A stretch of DNA of 63,964 bases, counting the filler. It is 5 parts of 5 records of this genome, joined end to end, with 100 filler letters (N's around TTAATTAATTAA, not from the genome) between each part and the next. Parts side by side here need not be neighbours in the genome. Positions count along the whole stretch, not along the records: positions 1 to 20,389 come from SRR22947725_2650; 4 more parts are not named here. One strand, given 5' to 3'. Positions 9,702 to 17,455 of this stretch are shown here, in pieces (position 1 is the first letter of the stretch; the number at the start of each line of letters is the position of its first letter). Position numbers and translations under genes: made by a program. Under the pieces are notes generated by a model that saw nothing but the letters and a program-made list of their open reading frames with translations, did no database searches and was not told the DNA's origin.

Positions 9702-9914
9702 ATGAAGTTTATGTTAATTTTAAAAGTATGTTCTGCTGTACACATGGATTGTTTACCACCCATTCATGATAGTTTTGTATTTAATTCTTGGTCAGAATGT
9801 GCTAGTGCAGGTTATCTACGTTCTATTAAAATAATTAACAGTATGGAAAGTAGTGTAATTAATAACAATAAAGTTGTGGTAAACTTTAAATGTACGGAAG
9901 TAACAGAATCATAG
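9702..9914 (+). CDS. Small Cys-containing phage hypothetical protein
   Basis: 70-aa ORF, hydrophobic N-terminus, 4 Cys. Confidence 0.65.
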   Translation: MKFMLILKVCSAVHMDCLPPIHDSFVFNSWSECASAGYLRSIKIINSMESSVINNNKVVVNFKCTEVTES

Positions 9915-9922
9915 GAGTTAAT

Positions 9923-10036
9923 ATGGATAAAATGATAGGAATCTTTTTAGAAGAAATAACAAACTTTTGGGAAAAAGTAAAAAGCTATGTCAAAAACAAA
10001 ATTAAAAAAATCATCTGCAAGTGTAAAAAAAATTAA
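9923..10036 (+). CDS. Small phage hypothetical protein (37 aa, MDKMIGIFLEEITNFWEK...)
   Basis: Read manually; strong SD TAGGAG upstream. Confidence 0.5.
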   Translation: MDKMIGIFLEEITNFWEKVKSYVKNKIKKIICKCKKN

Positions 10037-10253
10037 AGAATACGCAGAAAAAAATAATAGTATTCGTATTTCCTATCACGAGAAGGTGTGTGCGGAACGT
10101 ATGAAAACTTTATTTAAAGCTATAGATGAAATGCGTTTAGATATTAAGAACCTACACTCTGATATGAATAAAGGTAAAGGTGTAATTAGTTTTGTTATTA
10201 TACTAGGTGGACTTTTAGGAGTGATCATTGGCTTCTTTAAATGGAATGGCTAG
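9987..10253 (+). CDS. Coiled-coil plus C-terminal TM protein (holin/XhlA-like lysis-region protein)
   Basis: HEKVCAER motif, coiled coil, one C-terminal hydrophobic helix; upstream of the endolysin. Confidence 0.55.
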   Translation: MSKTKLKKSSASVKKIKEYAEKNNSIRISYHEKVCAERMKTLFKAIDEMRLDIKNLHSDMNKGKGVISFVIILGGLLGVIIGFFKWNG

Positions 10254-10548
10254 ACGCAGACAAACAGCGTCAGTAGGATTATACAATGAACTCATTGCAC
10301 AAGCTGAATTTGCCAAAGACCCAAACAAAATTGTATTCGTACCTGCTATGGGTAAAGGACCAATCGACATGGTAGTCCTAGATATAACCACAGGTGAGTA
10401 TCAAGCCTATGATGTGAAGAGTGCAAATTATAGAAAATCAGAATATACCCCTAAAGATATGTACAAAAGAAGAGCAGGAACACTAATAAATAGACCCTTG
10501 ACATCTGAACAAAAAAAATTAAAGGTCAAAATATATTACAACAAATGA
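10246..10548 (+). CDS. PD-(D/E)XK nuclease-like protein
   Basis: G-x-x-x-E...GPIDMVVLD...YDVKS pattern; ATG 10246 overlaps the upstream stop. Confidence 0.55.
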   Translation: MARRRQTASVGLYNELIAQAEFAKDPNKIVFVPAMGKGPIDMVVLDITTGEYQAYDVKSANYRKSEYTPKDMYKRRAGTLINRPLTSEQKKLKVKIYYNK

Positions 10549-11030
10549 AACTATCGAAGCATTTTACATTAGAAGAGTTTACCAAGTCTATGACGGCTCA
10601 ACGTAAAGGTATTGATAATACCCCAGGAGCAGGTGATATAAAAAATTTAGAAGATTTATGCTACTGTGTCTTAGAACCTATAAGAAACAAATTTGACAAG
10701 CCAGTTAGAATAAGCTCAGGTTATAGAAGTGAAGAACTTTGCGAAGCCATTGGTAGTAAAAAAACGAGCCAACACGCAAAGGGACAGGCGGCAGACTTTG
10801 AAATACCTGGAGTTCCAAATATAAAAGTAGCTTATTGGATTTATAATAACTGCGACTTTGACCAACTCATCCTTGAATACTATAAGAAAGATGATCCAGC
10901 TGCAGGTTGGATTCATTGTAGTTATAATGAAAAAGGTAATAACAGAAAACAAATATTAACTTATGATGGTAAGACTTATGAGAATGGATTGCCAGATATG
11001 GAGTGGAAAGATGGTAAGGTAGTAGAATAA
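10545..11030 (+). CDS. Peptidase M15A endolysin
   Basis: LSKHFTLEEFTKS, SSGYRS, SQH-x-KGQAADF, WIH-x-S Zn-peptidase motifs. Confidence 0.9.
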   Translation: MKLSKHFTLEEFTKSMTAQRKGIDNTPGAGDIKNLEDLCYCVLEPIRNKFDKPVRISSGYRSEELCEAIGSKKTSQHAKGQAADFEIPGVPNIKVAYWIYNNCDFDQLILEYYKKDDPAAGWIHCSYNEKGNNRKQILTYDGKTYENGLPDMEWKDGKVVE

Positions 11031-11413
11031 TGTGGTTAAATTTATTAGGCATGGGAGTAAAGACAGCTGCCAAACTCTATCAAGACAAACAAAAAACTAA
11101 AGAAGCTCTATCAGGAGCTAAACTACTTCACGCAGAGAAGATGAGACGGGGGGAGATAGAATTTTCAGGTAAAGTATTCGAGCATCAGAAGGGAGACTGG
11201 AAAGATGAGTTCGTTCTGATTGTATTATCAACTCCCATCTTCATGTTAGCTTACTCTGTATTTACAGATGATCCAGAGATCGAAAGAAAGATGGATTTGT
11301 TCTTTGAGAAACTACAATCTATGCCTTGGTGGCTAGTTGGATTATGGGTGTCCGTTGTTGCTGCTATCTATGGTATCAAAGCTAGTGAGATTAAAAACTT
11401 TAGTGGCAAATGA
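11030..11413 (+). CDS. Putative holin
   Basis: WKDEF motif followed by two TM helices; immediately follows the endolysin. Confidence 0.6.
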   Translation: MWLNLLGMGVKTAAKLYQDKQKTKEALSGAKLLHAEKMRRGEIEFSGKVFEHQKGDWKDEFVLIVLSTPIFMLAYSVFTDDPEIERKMDLFFEKLQSMPWWLVGLWVSVVAAIYGIKASEIKNFSGK

Positions 11414-11544
11414 CAATTAAAAATGCTTTCACACAACAGTATAGTAAAAAGATAAGTTTATTATCTCAACAAACAGGCAAGTATGGCAAAAAGAAAATTA
11501 AATCTAGAAAAACAACCACACGAAAGAATAGCAAAAAGTACTAG
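11410..11544 (+). CDS. Small basic phage protein (44 aa, MTIKNAFTQQYSKK...)
   Basis: Read manually; ATGA overlap with the holin stop. Confidence 0.45.
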   Translation: MTIKNAFTQQYSKKISLLSQQTGKYGKKKIKSRKTTTRKNSKKY

Positions 11545-11626
11545 CTTGGGTAGACGACCTAAAACGTCATCTATGAATAAACATAAAAGACGTAATTGGA
11601 AAAAATATAATGCTCAAGGTCGTTAG
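11483..11626 (+). CDS. Small basic phage protein (47 aa, ...SSMNKHKRRNWKKYNAQGR)
   Basis: Read manually; the C-terminal MNK-x-KRR-x-x-K-x-Y-x-x-QG pattern is one I recall from marine phages. Confidence 0.6.
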   Translation: MAKRKLNLEKQPHERIAKSTSLGRRPKTSSMNKHKRRNWKKYNAQGR

Positions 11627-11735
11627 TTTATTAATCATCATATTATTGACGGGATGTTCTAAAGATATTCATTTAGACCCCATACACACAGTAGGCAATA
11701 AAGTAGTCAAAATTATATTTCAAAAAAACAAATAA
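11610..11735 (+). CDS. Small lipoprotein (41 aa, MLKVVSLLIIILLTGC...), candidate o-spanin or exclusion lipoprotein
   Basis: Read manually; signal peptide with LTGC lipobox; in the lysis module. Confidence 0.55.
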   Translation: MLKVVSLLIIILLTGCSKDIHLDPIHTVGNKVVKIIFQKNK

Positions 11736-11738
11736 TCT

Positions 11739-11954
11739 ATGAAACCCATAATGATAACCTTGATGTACTTAACTTTTGGTGGTGACATCAAGTTAGATAC
11801 ATTTGAAATATTTACAAGTTGTAGCTCTTGGTTTAATACTAACGTAGCAGTACATGAGAAGAAGAAGAAAACCCTTCTATCCAATCATTACTATTATAAG
11901 TACCAAGATAAAAAGGTTATAGGTTATATTTGTGAAGGAGAAGAACCAAGATGA
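11739..11954 (+). CDS. Phage hypothetical protein
   Basis: 71-aa ORF coupled to the next gene. Confidence 0.6.
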   Translation: MKPIMITLMYLTFGGDIKLDTFEIFTSCSSWFNTNVAVHEKKKKTLLSNHYYYKYQDKKVIGYICEGEEPR

Positions 11955-12313
11955 AAGTTAGCGAGAATACATCAGTAGCTATGCCAATTAAAAATATGAT
12001 AGGTATTGTTATCGCTGTAGCTATGGGTGTCTTTGCATATACAGAAGTTACAGCTAGACTTACATCTTTGGAGACATCAAGAGAATTATTTGAAAATGAT
12101 TTGCTTAAAAAATCCGAGCAAGTCCCAACCGACCAGGAACAACATTTTTTATTAGAAGATCTTTATAAGACTGTAGAAAAATTACAGTCTACTCAAGAAA
12201 TGAATATGACTAACAAAGTTAATATAGAATTTTTAAAACAACAATTAGAAAAAGCATTATCTGATGTTGAAGATTTAAAAGATAAAGTTAGAGCAAACGG
12301 AAACGGACACTAA
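11951..12313 (+). CDS. N-terminal TM plus coiled-coil phage protein (possible i-spanin-like)
   Basis: TM segment IGIVIAVAMGVFAY followed by a long helical region. Confidence 0.55.
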   Translation: MKVSENTSVAMPIKNMIGIVIAVAMGVFAYTEVTARLTSLETSRELFENDLLKKSEQVPTDQEQHFLLEDLYKTVEKLQSTQEMNMTNKVNIEFLKQQLEKALSDVEDLKDKVRANGNGH

Positions 12314-12525
12314 TGGTAGCAGAGATTGTAGCTTTACTTATGTTTATTGGTCCTGATATTAAGGAACATAGAATACAAGAGTCTATGTCTGTATGTCTTA
12401 AACATAAACGTGAAGCCATGAGACAAGTCAAAGCTAACATAGATTATAAATGTATTAAATCTAAAGCAGAACTTGAAACAAATATTGATGGATCTAAATC
12501 TATCAAATCACTTATATTAGAATAA
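12313..12525 (+). CDS. Phage hypothetical protein
   Basis: 70-aa ORF; TAATG coupling. Confidence 0.6.
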   Translation: MVAEIVALLMFIGPDIKEHRIQESMSVCLKHKREAMRQVKANIDYKCIKSKAELETNIDGSKSIKSLILE

Positions 12526-12580
12526 TGGAAATCATTTGCTATGTCTTTCTGATGCTATGGCTCATAGGAATATCTGAATA

Positions 12581-12739
12581 GTGTATTGTATCTTATGGAT
12601 GCGTAATGATAAGTGGGAGTTGTTCACCAATGAGATATGGGACACAGAAAAAGAAGCCACACAATATGCTAACAGGGGAAACTTTAAGAAAAAAGATAAA
12701 TGGAAAGTTGTTTTATACGATAGAAAATATTATAGATAG
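12581..12739 (+). CDS. Phage hypothetical protein (52 aa, GTG start, MYCILWMRNDKWELFTNEIW...)
   Basis: Read manually. Confidence 0.55.
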   Translation: MYCILWMRNDKWELFTNEIWDTEKEATQYANRGNFKKKDKWKVVLYDRKYYR

Positions 12740-12741
12740 TT

Positions 12742-12810
12742 ATGGCATATAAAACAGCAAGAGATCCTAATAGTAGAATTAATAAAGCATTACGTGCTTG
12801 GAATTGTTAA
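12742..12810 (+). pseudogene. Internally deleted remnant of a conserved phage gene (DUF6321-like): MAYKTARDPNSRINKALRAWNC
   Basis: 22 aa; the C-terminus matches the ARDPNSRINK-x-LR-x-W-x-C end I recall from roughly 80-aa marine phage proteins, but their RR-x-SFCARM core is absent. Confidence 0.6.
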
Positions 12811-13016
12811 TGAAAAAGAAAACCTGGTCTCGTAACAATCTAACTTTAGTATGTGGAAAATGTACGATGTGTGAAAGAGAACTCTTGAGTAATGATGGTG
12901 GGTGGATTATAAATGCAGAGAAGAAACATTTTTGTGAACACTATGGTGAGAACACAGAAAGTTGTTTCGATCAATATATAAAAATGGAGAAACAAAATTT
13001 ACGGCAAGAAACCTAA
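12810..13016 (+). CDS. Small Zn-finger-like phage protein
   Basis: C-x-x-C-x-x-C...HFC...C; ATG 12810 overlaps the upstream TAA. Confidence 0.6.
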   Translation: MKKKTWSRNNLTLVCGKCTMCERELLSNDGGWIINAEKKHFCEHYGENTESCFDQYIKMEKQNLRQET

Positions 13017-13021
13017 CTACG

Positions 13022-13555
13022 CTAGGACTTAGACAATTCTTTTTTTACGATCTCGTAATCTTTCCAAATATATTCTAAAGGTTTCCATATCCCTGTTTGT
13101 TTTACCTTTGCTCTTCTATAATGAATAATGGTTGAGTGATCGTAATTAAAAAACATTCCTAACTTGGGTGTTGAGATTTGGAAGTGTTCTAAAATATAAT
13201 TAATAATAACTGATCGTGGTTTAATCATGTAAGCCAATCTTCTTCTGCTCATGATTTCTTTAGTGCTAATGTTATAATGTTTACCGACAGTATATAATAT
13301 TTTATTAAAAGTTTCATAACCTACAGGATGTTTATCTTCGACTTGCTTTTTAATTTTATCTCGATCTTCTTTCATTTGTAGTTTGTCTGCAAGTGCCTGG
13401 CTTTTAAAAACTAAATGTGTTTCAGCTAACCTGTAACCATTCTTAAATCCTGTTCTATATATCTGTAGTTCTCTTGGTGATAGTTCTCTAAACATGATAG
13501 CTTTCATGCCAAGTTTAATTTGTTTCTTTTTCTTATTGATTATTTCTAAGTGCAT
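13022..13555 (-). CDS. Phage protein with DnaA C-terminal (domain IV) helix-turn-helix
   Basis: ILYTVGKHYNISTKEIMSRRR...PRSV...STPKLGMFFNYDHSTIIH matches the DnaA domain IV signature; no AAA+ domain. Confidence 0.8.
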   Translation of the reverse strand: MHLEIINKKKKQIKLGMKAIMFRELSPRELQIYRTGFKNGYRLAETHLVFKSQALADKLQMKEDRDKIKKQVEDKHPVGYETFNKILYTVGKHYNISTKEIMSRRRLAYMIKPRSVIINYILEHFQISTPKLGMFFNYDHSTIIHYRRAKVKQTGIWKPLEYIWKDYEIVKKELSKS

Positions 13556-13612
13556 AGTACCCTTTCAGTTGTTGCCAACTTTTGTTGTTGTTTTAACTTT
13601 GTTAATAAAAGA

Positions 13613-13792
13613 CTAAGCTCTCATTAACTGGTCTTCGTAGTCTGTGACTTTCAAATGTAAGCTATAACTTTCAGCTTTTAATTTGTTAGCCTTTTGAACG
13701 TACTTAACATACAGCTCACTTTTCTTTCTCTGTAGGTCTCTCGTTCTCTGCAGACTTTCCTTGATCTTTGTTAGATCTTGGTTGTTGTCCAT
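13613..13792 (-). CDS. Small coiled-coil phage protein (59 aa, MDNNQDLTKIKESLQR...)
   Basis: Read manually; SD AAGGAG upstream. Confidence 0.55.
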   Translation of the reverse strand: MDNNQDLTKIKESLQRTRDLQRKKSELYVKYVQKANKLKAESYSLHLKVTDYEDQLMRA

Positions 13793-13970
13793 CAGTTTTC
13801 TCCTTCACTATTGTGTGATCCCATTTAATTTCTTGGACCACTACTTCTACTAACTCTCCCTCACTTGAGGGGTCGGCAGCTTTCTTAACGGAATCAAAAC
13901 TTTCTACATATTTAAAGTTTGCATCTCCGTACTTTGTTCTTATAACCTTTTTGGTGGACTTGTCAATCAT
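13716..13970 (-). CDS. Phage hypothetical protein
   Basis: 84-aa ORF coupled to the DUF3310 gene. Confidence 0.6.
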   Translation of the reverse strand: MIDKSTKKVIRTKYGDANFKYVESFDSVKKAADPSSEGELVEVVVQEIKWDHTIVKEKTDGQQPRSNKDQGKSAENERPTEKEK

Positions 13971-14181
13971 TGTAATCTCTTTCTAATATAAATTCTAGGT
14001 TTTGTATGGCTTTTAATATATCCTCTTTACCATTTTTAAACGAGTGTCTCGACACATACTTCACAACACACCCCTCTTCAAATAACATACGATTAGCCTG
14101 GATATATTCGATAGGTTGGATTTTAAAGTTATCTTTGTAGTGTGAGCCACCAATTTGTTTCTGTAATTTATTTTTATTCAT
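13963..14181 (-). CDS. DUF3310 (SaV-like) phage protein
   Basis: QIGGSHYK...IQPIEYI...EGCVVKYVSR...KNGKEDILKA; start taken at ATG 14181. Confidence 0.85.
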   Translation of the reverse strand: MNKNKLQKQIGGSHYKDNFKIQPIEYIQANRMLFEEGCVVKYVSRHSFKNGKEDILKAIQNLEFILERDYND

Positions 14182-14269
14182 ATTGTTTGGAGTCTGTGGC
14201 GAAGGAAAACAACGTAAGAAAGTCAAGGGTAATGACTAAAACTCCGCCACAAACTTTAGAGCCTAAGCT

Positions 14270-14635
14270 CTATCTTTTATAACTACCATAAGTTCCAGTT
14301 TTTGGGAAAGGTTTTTTATACCCACCCATTGCTGGTTGTCCACTTCCACCTGTTGATGATTTACTTGCATCGTTAGGTTTTAATGAAACATTTACACCAC
14401 CTGTAGCTTGTCCATCATCTGTTGTAGCACCGAAAGCAGCTTGACTATACCAACCATTGGCTTCTTGAGGGATATTCACACCAATAGTCCAGTTCTTGTC
14501 AGGTCTTTCTTCATTCTTGGGAGCAACAAAAAGAGGAGTATTATCTCCTTGTTCTTTTTTCATTTGCATTATGTCAAGAATAGTTTGCTTTAAAACAGGG
14601 TGGTTCGCAATAAGTTTTATGTATATATTACTCAT
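14270..14635 (-). CDS. Putative single-stranded DNA-binding protein
   Basis: Follows the ERF recombinase gene; beta-rich core with flexible Gly/Ser tail. Confidence 0.45.
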   Translation of the reverse strand: MSNIYIKLIANHPVLKQTILDIMQMKKEQGDNTPLFVAPKNEERPDKNWTIGVNIPQEANGWYSQAAFGATTDDGQATGGVNVSLKPNDASKSSTGGSGQPAMGGYKKPFPKTGTYGSYKR

Positions 14636-15294
14636 TATGTTCTCCTATTTAGTTCATCCCCTCTTGTCTCTAACAGATCACTTATCTCTGCGTACAATTT
14701 GGGACTTTTGTTTTTAAGTGCAGTTTCAATATAAGGATCAACTTCTTTCTTGACCCTTCTGTATTCATAAATGTTTTTACATCCTTGAATATCAGACATG
14801 ATTGCTTGCACATCTTTTTTTACATGAGTAGTTTGACTACCATGTTTCGGACCACTACTTTGTGGAATTTTGTTAGCTTGAAAAGGTTTGGCATTATAAC
14901 CATCTTCTAAATCTAAACCTGTTTTCAAATGTAATGCGTTTAAGTAAGCATACTTCTTGGCATAGCTCATACCATTACCTGTACCAAACTTATCCAGGTT
15001 TCCCATAGCACTACAACCAGATACTTCTACAAATTGTTTAGGATCTTCAACATCGTGTATCTTCATGTTGCAAGTCACCAATATAAAACTATCTGTCATT
15101 TGATTTTCGTATGTACAAACAGGATATAAGCCATTGTTCAACAAGGCTTCCATTGCCACCTTTTGTACTTCATCATGTAGTAAAGGGTTGAAGTGCATAC
15201 CTTGTACCTTCTTACCTTTAGCCACACCACCTGCTTCACAGGCAGCTTTGTGTAATTTTTGATATATGTTTATCTTCATGCGTCTATTCTCCAT
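14635..15294 (-). CDS. ERF-family ssDNA-annealing recombinase
   Basis: NIYQKLH...G-x-G-x-GMSYAKKYAYLNAL-x-L-x-TG-x-D ERF motif. Confidence 0.8.
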   Translation of the reverse strand: MENRRMKINIYQKLHKAACEAGGVAKGKKVQGMHFNPLLHDEVQKVAMEALLNNGLYPVCTYENQMTDSFILVTCNMKIHDVEDPKQFVEVSGCSAMGNLDKFGTGNGMSYAKKYAYLNALHLKTGLDLEDGYNAKPFQANKIPQSSGPKHGSQTTHVKKDVQAIMSDIQGCKNIYEYRRVKKEVDPYIETALKNKSPKLYAEISDLLETRGDELNRRT

Positions 15295-16193
15295 AGTTGT
15301 TTAATTGTTTTACGTTGTTTGTCTGTTAAGTATTTATAATGGAAGTAATGATTTAAGTCAGGTGGCTCTGAAATGTCAGCTAACTTTTGCAGATCACCTT
15401 TACAATAGATAATCATTTGTTCCCAGTTATAAATTTTGTTTACCATTAGATTGTATTGGTATTCTAAATGGTCATCATACAATGCTGCGTGAGTGTCATC
15501 GTAGATTAAATATTCTTTATCATTAACTAAAACTAAAAAAGGTTTCTTGCCTGTACATTTCCAATAGAAAGCCACTTGTTTCCAATAGTCAGGGAACACA
15601 GCATCATCGTTAAGTGTTTGTGTTTTAAAATAATATTCATCTTTACCTTTTTTCTTTACGATACTAGGTGGTTTAGTTTTAAGCTCAATAAATACATTGT
15701 CAGTCTCATAATCAATACGACCTATGATGTCGTGTAATAATTTCTTAGGTTTGTTCATGACATATCGTTCAGAGATAATCTTATTTTTGCCACAAAGTTC
15801 CTTGACCACCTTTCTTGTTTGATCAATCGTTCTATGTGCATACTCAATCATGTGTTCTCTTGCGTAAGCATCTTTATGATCAACAGGATCATACTTATTA
15901 ATATCATCTAACTCCTTGCCAAACACCTCGTCATAGTTCCTGTTAGTTAATGTTATGGTTTTGTCTTTATAAAATAAAGTTTCACATTCCATTCTTTGAG
16001 CTGTGTTATTAACCAGGTTTCCAAATCTAGGTTTGTATTGCATAGGAAACATACTTCTTTCCTCTCCATCGTGATGACCATAGTTAAGATTAAATTTAGC
16101 TAGTGGCATACTAGAGCTAGAAGGCGACCAATGATCTAAGCCTTTACCATTATTTAATGTATCGAAGTATTTTTTATCACTCATTGTTTTCAA
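15276..16193 (-). CDS. PD-(D/E)XK exonuclease (recombination partner)
   Basis: SPSS, SER...GRIDY...IELKTK...QVAFY motifs; directly upstream of ERF. Confidence 0.8.
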   Translation of the reverse strand: MKTMSDKKYFDTLNNGKGLDHWSPSSSSMPLAKFNLNYGHHDGEERSMFPMQYKPRFGNLVNNTAQRMECETLFYKDKTITLTNRNYDEVFGKELDDINKYDPVDHKDAYAREHMIEYAHRTIDQTRKVVKELCGKNKIISERYVMNKPKKLLHDIIGRIDYETDNVFIELKTKPPSIVKKKGKDEYYFKTQTLNDDAVFPDYWKQVAFYWKCTGKKPFLVLVNDKEYLIYDDTHAALYDDHLEYQYNLMVNKIYNWEQMIIYCKGDLQKLADISEPPDLNHYFHYKYLTDKQRKTIKQLWRIDA

Positions 16194-16291
16194 TGATGTT
16201 ATGTCATATCTTTTCCACTATGGCAATAGCAAATAAACCTTGATTGTGCATAACTTTTTTGGTAATGATTGCACTTCAGAAAGGAAACAAC
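16194..16291. promoter_or_regulatory. Divergent promoter region containing a consensus DnaA box (TTATGCACA on the minus strand, 16245-16253)
   Basis: Strand switch between operons; TGTGCATAA matches TTATNCACA; near-box TTTTCCACT at 16211-16219. Confidence 0.5.
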
Positions 16292-16498
16292 ATGAAACTA
16301 AAAGATTATCGTACAAAAAATAAATTAAGTTGTTCAGAGTTAGCAAGAAAAATAGGTGTTCATAATATAAATCCAGCGACAAATATTTGGAGGTGGGAGA
16401 ATGGACAAAGAATACCTCGTAAAGAAGAAATGAAAAAGATTTATATAGGTACAGAGAAACAAGTACAACCCAATGACTTCTATGATCTCAAAATATAA
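16292..16498 (+). CDS. Cro/XRE-family HTH repressor
   Basis: MKLKDYR...LS-x-x-ELARKIG...IWRWENGQRIP...VQPNDFY; SD GAAAGGA. Confidence 0.85.
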   Translation: MKLKDYRTKNKLSCSELARKIGVHNINPATNIWRWENGQRIPRKEEMKKIYIGTEKQVQPNDFYDLKI

Positions 16499-16733
16499 AA
16501 GAGTTAAAATTACTTGGTTTGATATTTGCTCTAGCGATGAAGCATGGACACATCAGTCAGAAATATTAGATCATGATGTAGCAACCTGTACCGATGTCGG
16601 CTACATCTATAAAAAAACTAAATCAAAACTATGGCTCTTTACTTCTTATTCAGAAGATGAAGATGGTCTATCTGTGGGTGGTGTTACTTGCTTCCCTATG
16701 GGATGTATAAAAAAAATCGAGGTTTTAAAATGA
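16473..16733 (+). CDS. Phage hypothetical protein
   Basis: V-x-I-x-W-x-D...W...VGY...FP-x-G-x-I-x-KI pattern typical of a common phage protein family. Confidence 0.65.
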   Translation: MTSMISKYKRVKITWFDICSSDEAWTHQSEILDHDVATCTDVGYIYKKTKSKLWLFTSYSEDEDGLSVGGVTCFPMGCIKKIEVLK

Positions 16734-17139
16734 CAAATAAACATGAAGTCGTAAGAAAAAATATTATAATTTATATGAACCAAAAAAAAATATCTACTAA
16801 AGATATTATAAATCAATCAGAAAACATATGCAGTAATACTATTTATAAATATATAGATGGACAAAGGAAAGTTTCTTTAAAAGGTTGTTTATTTTTTTCT
16901 AAAGTATTTAATATTAATATTAACGATTTACTTGACGAAGATCATTATAATAAATTTAAAGATATTTTTACACATCCATATAAAGATAGTAAGAATATAA
17001 GTGAAAGAGATAATAGTATTTATTTTTACAGAAAAATATCTCCAAATAAAAAAACATTACAAGATCTTGGAAATGAATTTAATATATCACGAGAAAGAGT
17101 AAGACAAATACAAAAAAAAATAGAGATATTAAAATGACA
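16709..17139 (+). repeat. 27-bp imperfect direct repeat (16709-16735 and 17113-17139) flanking the XRE-sigma4 gene
   Basis: AAAAAAAATCGAGGTTTTAAAATGACA versus AAAAAAAATAGAGATATTAAAATGACA, 24/27 identical. Confidence 0.75.
16730..17137 (+). CDS. XRE-HTH fused to sigma-70 region 4 HTH
   Basis: N-terminal XRE-like helices (TIYKYIDGQRKVS...FNININDLL); C-terminal KTLQDLGNEFNISRERVRQI; ATG 16730 in an ATGA overlap. Confidence 0.7.
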   Translation: MTNKHEVVRKNIIIYMNQKKISTKDIINQSENICSNTIYKYIDGQRKVSLKGCLFFSKVFNININDLLDEDHYNKFKDIFTHPYKDSKNISERDNSIYFYRKISPNKKTLQDLGNEFNISRERVRQIQKKIEILK

Positions 17140-17331
17140 GACATATATATGTTTGACGATGCTGATCTACAAGATAAGGTTAAGGAGTTAAAGAAAGAAC
17201 TTAAACAAATCAAAGACGATAAGTTTAGAGGCGAGTTGGATTTAGAAAAACAAATCGACATATTAAAAACACAACTAGATCTTAAAGATTTAGAAATAGA
17301 AATGATAAGGAAAAAATATGAAAAGAAATAA
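17134..17331 (+). CDS. Small coiled-coil phage protein
   Basis: 65-aa heptad-rich ORF. Confidence 0.6.
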   Translation: MTDIYMFDDADLQDKVKELKKELKQIKDDKFRGELDLEKQIDILKTQLDLKDLEIEMIRKKYEKK

Positions 17332-17455
17332 GATGATAAGGGTATTGTTCTTACTTAAACATTGTAAGGATAGAGGTAAGTATGATCTAGCTTTAAAGAT
17401 CATAGATAAATATAACATTGATAAGGTTAAGTTAGAGGAAAGCTATTACGACTAA
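17318..17455 (+). CDS. Small phage hypothetical protein (45 aa, MKRNKMIRVLFLLKHC...)
   Basis: Read manually; fills the gap with TAATG coupling to the SET gene. Confidence 0.55.
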   Translation: MKRNKMIRVLFLLKHCKDRGKYDLALKIIDKYNIDKVKLEESYYD

